Of a DNA stretch of 64,000 bases, positions 36,161-49,649 are shown piece by piece. Below the pieces are notes generated by a model that made no database searches, was not told the DNA's origin, and worked only from the letters and a program-made list of their open reading frames with translations. Both the position numbers and the translations under genes were made by a program. The stretch is from Anthoceros angustus. Taxonomy: Eukaryota; Plantae; Anthocerotophyta. The stretch is taken from the NCBI GenBank assembly GCA_010909165.1, contig MU008209.1, positions 394,919 to 458,918 of the forward strand. The letters run 5' to 3'. Numbering within the stretch: position 1 is the first letter of the stretch; each line of letters starts with the position of its first letter.

Positions 36161-39100
36161 CTGACACCTCGTTTCTATCCTCCTTGGCTGGTTGCGGCTG
36201 GCTTACCTCAAGTCTTGTTACGCTGCTTCGCCCCTCTCCACCGCTGGCCGTCACCGAACAAGACCAAGGCCCCTGCCCCGGCCCTTCTTCTTCCTCTCCT
36301 TCCGATCTCCTCGAGGTCCGTCCAATTGTCGTGGGTGACGCGAAACCTCCAGAGCCTTGAGGAGCTCAGCGTGGTAGTAGGCAAAGTCCGAGTCGACTTG
36401 TGGCTGCTCCACATGCGCCCGGAGCACCCGATACTCCTTCGCCATAGGCTCAGTGCTGCCGGCCTGCTTGCCGGGCCCCGCTCCATCGCTGTGTTCGTAC
36501 TGAGCCAGCAGAATCTCGAGGCCACGAGGGAGGCCTCACTTACTGCAGCCGATGCCGCCTCCGCCTCCGCCTCCGCCTCCGCTTCCTCCGCCTCCACCGC
36601 CTCCCCGCCATGGCGCAGCCCCTCCGCCTTCCTCAAGGGACGGCTTCTTTTGCTGGCCCAGGCCCCGCTCCCCATTCATCCTAGCTCAAGCTCCGCCATC
36701 TCTTCCCAGTGGGTCCTAAGAACTCGCCGATTTCTTGCTTCGGCCTGTGTCCTTCTCCATTTCGCAACGCCCGCCTCCTTACTCCATCGCCTTACCTCTC
36801 CGCCTCCAACAGAGCTAGAGTCGCTCTATCTCCCGCTGTGAGCCGATCACGCATCAAGAGCCCTGCTCATTGTATCTTGGAGCAGCTCCAAGGTCTGCGG
36901 TCCTCCATCTCCGCCGCTTCCTCGCCACAAGAATTGAGCCCGGAGATTTTCCATCTCCTGGCCTCCTTCTCTTCTACACTACCGGTGGCTCGCCCATCGC
37001 CACGTGCTCGCCGTTAGCAGCCGCCCTCGCTGCCTCCTCCACCGGTTCCGATCCCGCTGTAATGGTCCCATGGCGGTCATGCCCGCCTCCGCGCCTCACC
37101 CTGAGCTTCCTGTGCTTGGTGTTGCTCTGCCGAGCCGCCTCGGCCAGTCCCGAGCTCCGCTTGCCTTCTAAGCCTCCAACTCCCTTGCGCCGCTTCTTGC
37201 CGCTCAGAGGTCCTTTGCGGGCTTGGCCTCTGCTACCGCCACCGCAGTGAAGGACCTTGGTCCGGTTCAGAGACCTCGCCTGCCTCGACGCTTCTTCGAT
37301 CCGGCGAGGGACTCCGCCTTCTTCCCCGGGCCGCCGCCTCCACCGCCTCCCCGAGAAGCACCATGCACCTCCTAGTGGCCTCCACTGGTTTTCTCTGCCG
37401 TCCGTGAGAGACCCCAAAGCATACCGTCCATGATGGTTGCCAAGACTGTCTCCTCCACGGCCGCATGAGTGAGGCCCTCAAGAAGTCCGGCGTTTGATCT
37501 CCGGTCCCCGGACCGCCATCTGCATCCGAGCGAGCGGACTTGGCTCTCCGGACTGATCAGACCTCAGTCCCGAGTGCCTTGGTCCGATCCTTCCACCTCC
37601 TTGGCCTGCTTTGGCCACTAACTCTCCGCCCGCCTGCTTGGGGCTCGGCGAGGGGGTCCGGAGCGGCTTCTCTTCTGCCGGGACAGACTGCTCGGATGTG
37701 GTTCTGCTGCCCTCGCACCTTGGCGTCTCGCCTCCGCTCTCATCGCTTCCTCCGCCTCCTGCTACTCCGTGGTAGGCGGAGGAACTGTCGCTTGGCGCTT
37801 CTCCAGGAGCCGCTTTTCCGCCTCTTGACGACTCGCCTCCCCTGCTAGGGCTGGTGGGTTGCTAGGCGGTGGGCGCCGCGCCAGCCTCCCTCCGTAGGTG
37901 CTCCTCCATCGGGGCCTCGCTCGGAACGAAGGGAGGAGGGAATATCCTCCCATACCTCCCCTGGGCGAGGGGGTCCGTCGATCGAATGGAATCCGGGATC
38001 CTTCCCAATTGTCCTCCCTCCTGCTTTGGCCTTAGGAGGTCGGACCTCCGCCTTGCGCCTTCGCTCCTTCCCCTCGCCTCCTGAGTAGGGCCGCCACCCT
38101 TCCCGAGCGCCTGCTCTCTTCTCCTCCTTCAGAGGTTGAGGTGTCCCCATACATGGATGAGGAAGGGTGGCAGTGACGGAGGAGGCTTTTCACTCCACAG
38201 CCTGCCTCCGGTTGATCCGGCGAAGATGATACGCCCCGTCTCCTCTTCCTCGTCAGAGGCGTGCAAACACAGAAGATTGTCACCAAGGTGATCCACCTTG
38301 GTGAGCATGTTCCAATGGACAATGACCTTAGCCACGCCTCACCCGCCTATCCAGCAGTCCGACATCGCCCAGCTGCTTGGACGACTGCTGCGCCCCTCGC
38401 CGCCCGCCGCTTCCACCTTTCCTCACCTTGGGGCCCGAACTCGCCCCAATTTTCTTCCACCGGGCGGTAAATCGCCTCGGGACCTCCACGGTCCACCTCC
38501 GGGATCCTCCTCAAGCTCTTGAGCGAACCTCCTTGTTAGCAATCGCCAAGATCTTCTTGGCATTCTCGACGAGCGCCGGACATCAAACATCCGGACCACG
38601 CTGAAGATGTCCAAGTGCCATTGCTCCACGAGCTCCTCCGCTTCCTCCGCCAGCCCGGTTGGGGTATCGCTTGGACGATGTTGCCCACCAAGCGCCTGTG
38701 GCTCCCATACCTCCGCCGCCTTCTTGGGTCCCATGGGGCTTTCCTCGCCATTTGGAAATTGTGCTACTCTCCGCCGCCTGCCGCGTTGGCCACTCCAACC
38801 ACGAAGGTGAGCCGGTGCGAGAGTGCTGGCGCTTGAAAGACAACACCAGAGAGCTTGGTGTGGAGCGCGAGACTGAAAACCGCCACGAGGTCGTGAGAAA
38901 GAATGGCTTCTCCTCCGCGACGCCTAAGTAGTCATGCGGCGTCTCTCTCGCTGCCCAGAATCGCCGTGAGGTCGCATGGCTTACTCCCCGCCTTACGCCC
39001 GCTTACTCGCCTTACGCCACAGTTTAGCCTTTACGCCACTGACTGGAGCGTGAATACCGCTTATAACGCCATCGGCAGCCCCTACGGCCCCGGTCTCACG

Positions 39101-39430
39101 ATGCCCGCTCACCTCTCAATACCGCCACGTGGCCCTGTATGTCTAAAACACACTCCGACTCCTAAGTTACTTTACTCGTACTCATCCGGTCCGGCGGTAG
39201 TCCGACCACTCGGACTGGTGCGGTCCGCCTCCAAGTAGTCAGTAGTCCTCGGGAGTGTGCTCCGAGTCCTTTGCCTACTCCGAGTCCTTCGACCTACTCC
39301 AGTCCTTCGACCTACTCCGAGTGCAACCGACTCCTGACTTATTTCTTCCTTCCACTTTATTTTTCTACTCCGCGAAAAAAAAAAACAAAACCTAACTCAT
39401 TTCCTACCCTGTGGGAGAGTCCGGTCCACA
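36161..39430 (-). mobile_element. Unclassified element X, copy 2, with a long frameshifted minus-strand ORF (about 38734-36210) and an LTR-like end
   Basis: Homology to 1-1012. ORF pieces run from MGPKKAAEVWEP to a charged, coiled-coil-like C-terminus. No RT or integrase recognised. Confidence 0.6.
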
Positions 39431-39431
39431 G

Positions 39432-40075
39432 CTAATATATTTATGTAATTTTACGAGACGATATATCTTTTGAACTCCCTCGCCACAATTCTTGGAGAAT
39501 CCGGACGTGAACCTGATGTCTACAAGCGTATATTTAGATACCTTAAAGGCACTATGTACACAGGACTGATGTTCAAGCATACACCAGCTATCAACACATT
39601 AACTCTAACGGCATATGCTGATGCCGACTATGCCGACAATACAAAAATCAGATGGGTATGTATTACTCTTGGGAGGAGCACCAATATCCTGGTCAAGTAA
39701 GAAACAACCTACTATAGCTTTGTCAAGTACTGAATCTGAGTACATGGTACTAACCTCAGTTTCTAAAGACATAGTGTGGTCCAAAGTTAGTTTTGAGTGA
39801 ACTTCACCATCCTCAACTTAAGCCTACATCTTTGTTTAGTGATAGCGGTGCCATTGCACTTGCACGAAATCGTTTTTCATTCTAGAACTAAACATATAGC
39901 TGTTGAGTATCACTACATAAGGGAAAAGTTAGAAGATAAAACTATAAATATTAGTTATGTTCAAACTTTAGACAATGCTGCTGATTTATTAACAAAGTCA
40001 TTGGGAATTGAGTTACATAGGAAACACATGAAATGTTTGGGTATAATGGACACACAGTCCAAACCTTTAACCTAA
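39432..40075 (+). pseudogene. Copia 1 RT C-terminus and RNase H
   Basis: KRIFRYLKGT, YADADYA, ISWSSKKQPTIALSSTESEY, HSRTKHI, ADLLTK. Confidence 0.9.
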
Positions 40076-40844
40076 TACTCACCCTAGCAGCCTTAGGGCC
40101 GATTTAAGATAACCTTAAAATCTTAGTCCAAAAATTATTGTCTTAATATTTTTCTGAACATTTTTTCTTCTTCTATCTCAAAATAGCTTAGGTCATCTCT
40201 GCCTTCCTCCTCATAGACAGCCAACATAGAACCTGGAATATTTCTATTAAAAATAAAAATAATAATATTTAAGCAGTATTTATGTAATTAAAACATTAAA
40301 TTCCCTTAGCACCAAAGGCACCTATGGAAAATATGTTTGATATGTCCTGGAAATTCCTCACATGGGAGACTTGCTATTTTTATCATGTGGATGGTAGTTT
40401 CCTCACATATATAGGAGTCCGGACATCTCCTTTTCACTTAAACCTAAGGTGAGTATGTATACTTTATTTTCCTGGTCACCTTTTGGTAGAATTCGCTTAT
40501 AATAGCCCATGTTTTTGTCTTTAATACACTTAGGAAACAAAATGTGTTTACAGCATCAATCGTAGAAAATTTATGCTAGGTTATTATAGATCCTAAAATC
40601 CACATAGAAATTAGGATATTTAAATACTGAATAACCTTTAATTAATATATTCCACCTTTTCCGCCTGCCTTCCTTGTCGTATCCTCCCCATGCCGTCTCC
40701 ACCCATTCGCCTCCAAACGCGCCACACAACCATGTCACCTTTCCTTTATCCATAAAACTGTTAGCACCCCGTGGAGACCATATGTACACTAACCCTTCTC
40801 TCAACTCGGTTTGAACGAATTTTTTGTTTTTTTTCTGTTGTTGG

Positions 40845-43800
40845 TGTAATGGAATGCTTAGGAATCGTCCGGGTAAGGCCTTTTATACTGAAAGTGGTCC
40901 TTGGCCCATGGCAATAATATTTTTATAAATTATTGGTCCTTGGGCTTCGACCCTAGGTATGTTAGGTCAGATAGAAAGTCCTTGGACCTTGGCATTTTTA
41001 GAAATAAAAAGTGTCTATATATGCTAGGAATTGGGACGTACAAGCCAGGGGGAGTTAACAACCCTAGTGGCGGAGGCAAGGCTGACAGTAAGTTGGGCAA
41101 GTCGGAGCGCAACCGGAAGAAGACCACACCGATACCGAGAGGTCCGCGAGATTTCAAGGAGAGAGCGATGGACAAGACTTCAGCCGGAGCGGAAGGACGC
41201 CACATGCAGCCGCGCCTAGAAGAGGTTTTCTCCGTGCGGTGGCGCAGGTGATGGGCGCCGCCGTGGCCAAGGCGCGACGGAGGAAAAGACCCCAAAGACG
41301 CCGAGGCGACGACCGTAGGCGAGGCGAAGTCCGAGGCGAGGAGTGTGGATCGCGGAGCTCAAGGATAATTGTCCCTCCCCGAACCGTGGTTCGGAGTAGA
41401 GCCCGAGGCTTGAACGAGGTGGAAGGAGGGAAGAAATGGCGCCTCGAGCGCAGATCTCACTACGCAGCGGCCCAATATGGACCATCGGAAGGTTAGAGCC
41501 GGCGGCCTTGTGGAGTTGGTTGAGCTTCATGGAGATGAAATGGTGCTACTATAGTTCAAAGATTGTGCAGAATGCGCCCGCCAATTGAGGATCAGGTGCA
41601 AGAGGGCGACATGAGGAAGAGGCCACAAATTGGGGCTCATTGAGGCTCTTCCGAGCAAAGAAGGGGCGAGAGGAATCGGAGGATGGAGTCTAGTAACAGG
41701 AAGAAGACCTAAAAGCCGCAGCACGCAATCATGAAGCCTGGGAAGTGAGGGTTAATAATGGATGGGTGACCCGCCAACTCGTGTCTGCAACTGGGGGTTG
41801 GCCAAGTGGATTTTGTGTTTTTGCGTAACCGAAATTGATCACATGGCGCACACTCGGTCTTCCTTCATGAAGTGGTTAAAGGCACACGGATTGACTGGGG
41901 AGGATGATTTTGAGAGGGCCTGAAGAGAGGCGACTTCTCCTCCTCGCCTCTTGATCTCGCCTTTCCGATTCATGTGTTTGCGATTCAATGCCTAACTGAG
42001 TTGGAGGTTGTGTCCGCCTTCATAGTTGGAAACCGCCGTGAACTCAAGGTAGAGAGAAGAAGAGTCTAAGGAGGATTGTGGAAGGATTCCAGTAGCTTGG
42101 GAATTCGCCTCACCAGAATCTGATGAAGGTGGAGAGGTTACAAAGAGTAAGAAGAGGAAGGCACATCGAATCGAGGTCGGCCAAAAGGGGAGAACACAGT
42201 GGGAGGAGGAGCCCATAACCACACCCTGGATCACTGTGTCAAGACGGCAGCAGGGCCGCATGGAAGGAGGGAAAGCAAAAGGGAACGTTGTCCCTCTTGG
42301 TGCGGAGGATGAATCGCAACCGCTAGGGGAGTTTTTACGAATGAGGAAGCAAGTGCATCAACCCCTAGGGAGGAAGGGTTAATTTCAAAGAAGGCTCGGA
42401 GCTCAAGGACATTTTTGGAGATATTCCATTGGCCTGCCCACCGGAGTGGAGGCGAGTGACATAGCCAGACGGGCTTGTTGTGGAAGGAATGGGCACCGGA
42501 GCCCAATTTGGGAATCTGTGTTCTAACTTCGAATGGCTCGACTCCAAAGCGGACCTTCTCGACAAGGCAGCTATGGCTCTCACTTGAGTGCAGGGCAACA
42601 AGAGAAGTTGCTCAAGGAAAAGTTGGAGGGATTGGAGAGCGAGAAAAAGGCAGAGACCGCAGCGGAGTGCGAGGAGGCACCGAGCAAGACACAGAGAGGC
42701 CATGTCCACCCAACAAGAGGCCCCGTGAGTCAAGTAAAAGGGGCGATGCTACGATTGAGGAGCTAATGAAGTTTCGCGAGTCCAAGAACAGTGGAGATGC
42801 GCCCGGAGAAGTTCAAGAAACGGAGAGATATAAGCGAGAGAGATGAGGCTAGGCTGATCAAGAGAGAGGCAAAACCAAGAAGGGCAGAGCGAGCCACCGA
42901 GGTCAAGCAACCACCGCTGGGAAAGAACTACCACGGTGGCTAAACCGCCACCGCCGCGAAGGAGGACCCGAGGTAGGGGAAGCCACCGACAAGAGCGCCG
43001 CAGCGGGATGCAACTTCCCGGATTCCGTGGAGGCAGCCCCGGATTGTCCACGGTGGAGAGGGTAAGGACCCCATAGCGGAAGGGCACACAGCGCGCCGAT
43101 GAGGATGCTCATTTCGCCGCTCGCATGGTGAGCGGTGCTCACTCTAAATGTGTATGTGGTTGTTGGGATGAGGGGCGTAACTACTGGCCGCACATCTTAA
43201 CCGCCATGGGTGTCTACCATGGTTTCTTCGAACGGAGCTGGGGCCTACCCCGCAAGTGGTGCTTGAGGAGATGAGCAAGGCGGAGGCCGAGCGTGGAGGG
43301 GAGGAACGACGGTGGCTGTCTGCTGATGAGGAGGATAACATGCATGGGGGCAATGGACGAGCTGCACTGAAGAGGTGAAGGAACCACGGGCAGCGAAAGT
43401 GAGGTGGAGGTTTTGAGGGAGAATCGCTCGGATCGAGGCGTGGTAGGAGGGGACACCCATGGGTCATAGTTAGGGCAAAGAATCATGAGGCGGCTGATTT
43501 TAGAGGGAAGCGCATCATAGGTCGTGGGTTTTTTCTTGGATTAGGGATAGGGTGTTTTAAGGGCATGGAGCTATAGTTACCGAATTGGTAGGTGCGCCGT
43601 GGTGGATAGCCGATTTTTAGACACGAAAGAGTGAGTGTTCCGCACTGGATGTATAAGAGACCTTTCCGTGTCTCCGATAGACAATTGTGTGAGCTTCGTA
43701 ATCAAGGCGGGGTTGATTGGAGACATCCGTCAACAACAACCGATTGCACCGCCTCTCACAAGAGGGCTGTGGAGATCCTGGGTGGTCGAGAGCCGAGTGA

Positions 43801-44587
43801 CCAAGCTCCGATCCGGGTGATGGGTGCCACGCACTGGAAGGAGAGATTTCCAGTCCGGCGAGATGGTCAGTAAATTCTCGGTGTCGTCAAAGATTTTCCC
43901 GCCTTCTTTCCAACCTGCCTAACCAAATTGTGTTTAACTCTAAGAGAGGGGTCTGGGGCCTGTGGTAGGTAGGGGCCTGTGGTAGGGGCCCAGTGGCCTG
44001 TGAGGGTCCGTGGGCGAGAGAGGGATGGCGAGAGCAACTTGTGTGTGGTGGTGTCCGAGAGTTTAGGAAGGAAGAGGGAAGTGAGTCGACGGGAGGAGCC
44101 TAGGGAGGGTGAAGGTGAAAGTTTGGGGAGCGCGTAGGAGAGGGGTTGGGGTGAAGAGTGGAATGAAGCGAATCGGTGATGGAGTGAGGCGCCGCGTGAG
44201 TGGCCGAGGTAGGCGCCCCGTGAGTTTTGGGGTGGATACCCCGGAGGTGATCCGGAGTAGGTGCGAACTGAGACTATAACCCTTAGAATCACGCCAGAGG
44301 AGCCGGGTGTCAAGTAGTCAGCGCGGCTGCGTGGCCATGGGACCAACCGCAGCGGTGGTTGAGTGCCCATCCGCCGAGTCTCATTACTGCGGGTCGAACT
44401 TACCACGGTGGTGGGTCTTGGACGGTAGTAGGTTGCGGCTGGGTAGGAACTGTAGTAGGGCTAGAACCCATAGTTTTGGAACACCTTGACACAAAACCAT
44501 TCCCTTGGGATCGAATCCTAGGACTATAACGACATAGAGGATAAATGTGGCCTCCTTGTGTCTCCAGACGCAAAATACCATTCCACA
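40845..44587 (+). mobile_element. Family D (Athila/Tat-like) LTR-containing insertion; left boundary uncertain
   Basis: About 43660-44587 is homologous to 56910-57906 and ends in the same CCATTCCACA, but no PBS follows. Confidence 0.55.
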
Positions 44588-45602
44588 ACCCCTGCAATCC
44601 TTTTTTGCCATAGCTTCTTCTTAGAAACATATTGTAGGCAACAAGCTTTCCCTATAAGCACATTTGGCAAAGGTGGACATTTTTCGGCAGGAGCATCATT
44701 GATTGAAGAGGGGGAGGGGAGGCGGGAGGGATTTGAGGGGGCACATCCTCGCCAACTAGGTTGTGCTTCCCCTTTGGTAGACATATCCAGCATTTGCTTT
44801 ACAAATCTATGCATCCTAGGAGAAATGGCAAATTCAAGGCATAATCTCACATTCTCGGACATGCCCTCTTTTCGTGCTAGAACGCTGCCTTGTGTAGGAT
44901 CCTAAGGCCCTCGTTTCAGCTTCATCCTCCAAGGATGAGGTCGATCAATGATCAATGTGAGTCTTCTTTTGAAAGTGCAGAGAGACGAGGTCTGTGGAGG
45001 CGGAGACTCTCCATTGGCAGCGGAACGCCGACTATGGGCATCTGCAGTAGGGCGCCCTCTTTACCTTTCTATTAGAGCGCCAAAGAAACGCCCATGAGCA
45101 TCCCTCGCCGCAAGGACGCCTGGCGCTAGGGAGGGCCTCGCACGGCTGAGCGAGCGGCCGCTGGGAGAGGGTGGCGGCGACTACGGCACGATGGCGCCCA
45201 CGTGTGCGCCTCCCGTAAGGCGTGATTAGTACTGGTTGCCATAGGCCGCATTGCCATTGCCATCGCCATCACACCGCAAGCCAAACAACAAATCCGTAAT
45301 CGCAAATCGCGAAAAGGAGGAAGGAGGGTATTACCTATTATCCTTTGTATTTTCCTTTTGAAAATTAGGCTATTATATTTTCTGAACTACTTTTAATTAG
45401 TTTTAATCCAACCTAATTACTTAAAGTTGGGTGATTAGTTCTCACCTCAGTTCTCCTTAAGTGGGAGTTATTTTAATGGTGATTATTATTTTCAGTTTTT
45501 ACTTAATGCTTTTAAAAGTTTAGTTAGGGACTAGTTTTGCTAGGCTAGTTTTCCTTGACCCTTTTTGGTCGAAAATCACCCCTAGTTCATAGTGAGTGGG
45601 AG

Positions 45603-45814
45603 TGATAAAATAGCTTACTATTAGGGCACTCTTCACTAGGGCACCTAGGACTTAATAATTAATTTAGCCCTTAGGGCACTAGTTTTCTTCTAATAGTTAT
45701 TTAATTGGTTAGTTCTTACAACCACTTAACTTACAACAACCTTACCTACATAAAGGCATGTACTTTCTATTATAAATCAATGCTATTGCTTGAGCTTGTG
45801 TATGATTCTCATTA
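45603..45814 (+). repeat. Copia 1 3' LTR
   Basis: Matches 5153-5372 and is preceded by a purine tract at 45591-45602. Confidence 0.9.
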
Positions 45815-45949
45815 GGGCTGGATGCGGCGCCCCTGGGTTCCCGCCTTTTGAGGCAAAGGGTGCGCGATGCCCCGGCCCCAAGAGCCGAGATCGAGGGTGC
45901 CATGCCGCGCCCATGGGGACCCCTTCATTTGGCCGGAACTCCTCCGGCC

Positions 45950-47086
45950 GACATCTTCCTGGATTCGAGATTGAAGACCGCAGCCACGCCGATATTGGTT
46001 TCCGTCATGTGCAGAATGTATGATATTGAGGTGCGAAAGTGCCCGAGAATTTTCAACAATTCATTTATGAGGTGAACACATGGAAGGGCTTAGAAGATGA
46101 GCAAAGACAACTAGTAGACCGAGACATAGAGGATGGACTCCTTCAATTCACTGCTCCACATTCGAGAAAAGGTGCGATATCGTACATGGAGAGATATCCT
46201 CGACATGTGTGAGGGTACGTGAGGAAGAGAAGGTACTTTTGTTTGTGATGGATGTACCTGGTTGAGAAAGGCTCAAAGGACCCCGCTTTGATGCTTGGGA
46301 AAATGTTTTTGCATGCCTTCCATGATTTAAATGTGATCGTGATGATAATCATGAATGGTGTTGAAGATGCCCATTTGGTGAGGGAGGCAATGCGAAGTGG
46401 TGCCAAAAGGGGGACTCATTTCGCTTTGTCCGGGACAAGATAAACGTAAACAATGACAAAGGTGGTTTCGACACTCCGCTGAGTATGTGACATGAGGATG
46501 GGGTTTGAGAAGACAAGTGACCGCAATGGGCATCATGTTACCGAATGCTTTGCATAACATTTAACAATGGAAGATTGGTGATTGGCCACAAACTGTGGTG
46601 AAGAAATTGTTATATCATTCACTCGACAAACTTGTTGTCCGCTCCTACCAAAGGCCTTTGGGGTTGATGATGAAGCTCATCAAGACATTCTCTAAGGAAG
46701 GCGATTGGATAGTAGATGCTTGTTCGTGAGTGGGACATCTTTGATGGCTACTTTGTTGTCCGCCGCCATTGTATTTCTATTGAGGCCGACAAGAGGTGTG
46801 TAATTCATTCCGCGAGTGCATGGATATGAAGTATTGCCGATGCGTAAGAGGAGCTCACCCATGAGCCACACCGCCGAGGAATATCTGGCGCCAAGGAGGT
46901 TTGCATGAGTGAAAAAGAAATTGGAAAGGCTCGACAGCCTCTTGTCGCTGTGGAGAATGAAAGAACATATTGGAGACCTTTTGGATGAGGGTATACACTT
47001 GATGCATGGCCTTCGCCTCAAAAGTTGATGGGATAGAGGAAGATGATGCAAAGGCAATGAAGGCGAGACACTTTCAAGACGCATGA
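45950..47086 (+). pseudogene. Possible beta-class N6-adenine/N4-cytosine DNA methyltransferase-like C-terminus of the ParB-like gene
   Basis: Motif-like pieces in beta order: LLFVMDVPG (46251), SAEYV (46475), IGDLLDEG...KVDGIEEDD...KAR (46968-47070). Degenerate and recognised by eye only. Confidence 0.35.
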
Positions 47087-49649
47087 TAGTTGCCTTAGAA
47101 ACATTACCGTCGTCTCGAGCGTTCTCTACGTGTGTAGCGTAATCCCAATCTCAACTTGCAAGTTGATCCGAACCAGACACATGTAATGCCCGAAACCTAG
47201 CAATCGCCACGGTTTGATTGTGTGTTTTTATGTACAAGGCCACCGGTATGCCGGCATCCTACTATGGTTTTAGGGTAATTACTTGATCGGTGCCCGGAAC
47301 GTTTTCAAGAAATGTTTATGTTTTCTCTTGCAAATATACCGATGGCGCGGGCCAAAAACACTAAACTATATTCTCTCGGTCCATGAAATGAAATAGTCGT
47401 ATCTTGTAAACTAGGCTTTACTGAGTCTTGCATGCATAGTGTCCAACAAGCCCGTCTGTCATGAGCCTAATCTGAGGGGACAAGAAATACGAACCCGGCG
47501 ATGTTTCGAACTGCATTCATTATTCGACGGAAAGAACATTATGGTTTTATTTAACTACTTATGAAAGGGTGAAAATAGTGTCCTCAAACCTTGGATTGAA
47601 TGTTAGGGACCAAGTTGGTCCAAGGCCCAAGGAGCGCATTGTTGGGAAGGACGTTAGACAAATCACTTCAAAGATGCCTCGCAACCAAGAGGGCTCGCTT
47701 TGAAGCCACCGACTTGGTGTCAAGGAGGATTGGCAAAGTTTGGATGACCTTGTGTTTGCCGTGATATGGGAAACATGCCAAAGATGACAGGGCCAAAAGA
47801 TTCCACGTATGGCTTTGGTTTTTCTTGTGGAGAAGATGCTAGGAAGGGTGTGGAAAGCCTATAAAATGGTCTCTAGGAAGGAAGGCCAACAAGCAAGCAA
47901 AGACTAGAAAGGTGGCCAGGAAGAAGGTAGGGAAGAAGGGGAGAACGGGGCAGCTAACCTGCACATGGTGAGCCCTGTGGCCCCGTGACTAGGTCACAGA
48001 GCCGAGGAAGCCAACACACCAAGCCCGAGGTTGCCGAGGATGTTCAGAGGCATTGGGCAAGCTAGAGAGGCCGAGGTGTAGTGATGCCTATTGTGGATGA
48101 TGCCGAGGTGCCAGCGTGGAGAAGGTCATCATCTTGTCCATGACGCCCGTGCTTTAAGCCATGGTTCGGGCCATGCTTTCATCATCAAAGGTAGATGTGG
48201 AGGCCTGTGGGATTGATGCAGTCGGGTGGGGAATGGTTGGGCATGCCGCATCCTTGATAGATTTGTTCATATTTGCATCGGGCTTGGCGTGACTTAATTG
48301 CTAATGTTCTATTCTCTTGTCCATTTTAGAGTTGTGCAGCACTGGGTTTTGCTGGAACCCTCGGGATCATGCTAATTTGGTGTAGTGGTTGTGAGTGTTG
48401 TGGGTTGTGGGTGATGCGGGCACATTGGTCGAGGCAGTCAAATTGGCTCGCTGCGATGAGTTTCATTTGTTTTTTCCATCGACATGTGTTGCGCTCGAGG
48501 TGTGCCTAAATGTTTGGATCCCTATTATAGGCACGCATCAGGCTAAGCGTCCGAATCGCTGGTTGCATGTGCTCGGGTCGCCTGTGCTGTATTTACCGAC
48601 GGATTTACCTTGAGTGTGTTATGCTTGCCTGCATGGATTTGCCTGTAGTATCACCGTGGTCTGGTCCCATATGGGCACTAATGTGGGGTCTCGACACCTG
48701 TAGATTCACATGGTCACAATGTGGATTCATCAATGCTTGACCGCTCGACTTTTGCCCTACTAGAAATGGCAGCCCATGTATGTTAAGATTTGGACCCTCG
48801 GATGTAACACTTATGTTGCAATTTTGGGGTCATGTAACACTTTTGGGCCTCTTGTTACACTTTTAGCTTGGAAACCAAACTGAGCGTTTGTTGCAACCAT
48901 GTTGCAATGGTGTTGCAATTATGTTGAGATGAAGTGAGAGGTGCTTTTGTCCTCTCTCAAGATTGCAACAAGATTGTAACATATAAAGTGTTAAAAGTCT
49001 TGTAACACTTTTGGAGGCTTGGCACCGAACCTCCTCCCCATCTACCTTCCTCCTTTTACTATTATTACCCTATAATGGAATACCTAGTTTTACTTAGTAG
49101 TTCCCACTATACTGTATGAATATACATATACATAAATATATGTACAAATACATTCTTCAGAAATACACATATTGTTCATATGACATATACTATATGGTAA
49201 TGATATACGGTCATATTCTATTTTGTATAAAATAAGCATATACGTCACACTAACATACTTTGTACACGTCCACGATACGCTTACCGCTTGTTCTTGAGCA
49301 CTCGGTGCCTTTTGTGCCTACGAGTTTGTGCTAACCCATGTTTGCTATGCGCTGGGGTTGTTTGGCCCAAGTCCTCCCTCCTTCTCTCTCCTAGACAACC
49401 GCCTCATGTCCGTTACGAGCCTTTTTGCCCCCGCCGACCATGGCTGCTGTTGGTTGCTCCATTCCTATCCTCCCTCTACCACCCACCTCTTCCCCTCCCT
49501 TGCGTTGTTTTCACTGTCCACACTCAACACATGTCTGTTACTTGCTGGTGACAGTACACTCGCCCTTCTTTGTGCTACAGGACCGGATCCGCCTCCAAAC
49601 ACGTCCCTCCTACTGCAATCGGCCTTGTCACTCCCTATCCACCAAGACC

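Larger units (their letters stand above)
5153..45814 (+). mobile_element. Ty1/copia LTR retrotransposon 1, carrying about 30 kb of nested insertions and duplications
   Basis: Matching LTRs at 5153-5372 and 45603-45814, PBS TGGTATCAGAGC, purine tract AGTGAGTGGGAG before the 3' LTR, and flanks GGGCC (5148-5152) / GGGCT (45815-45819). RT breaks at about 14140 and resumes at about 39432. Confidence 0.8.
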
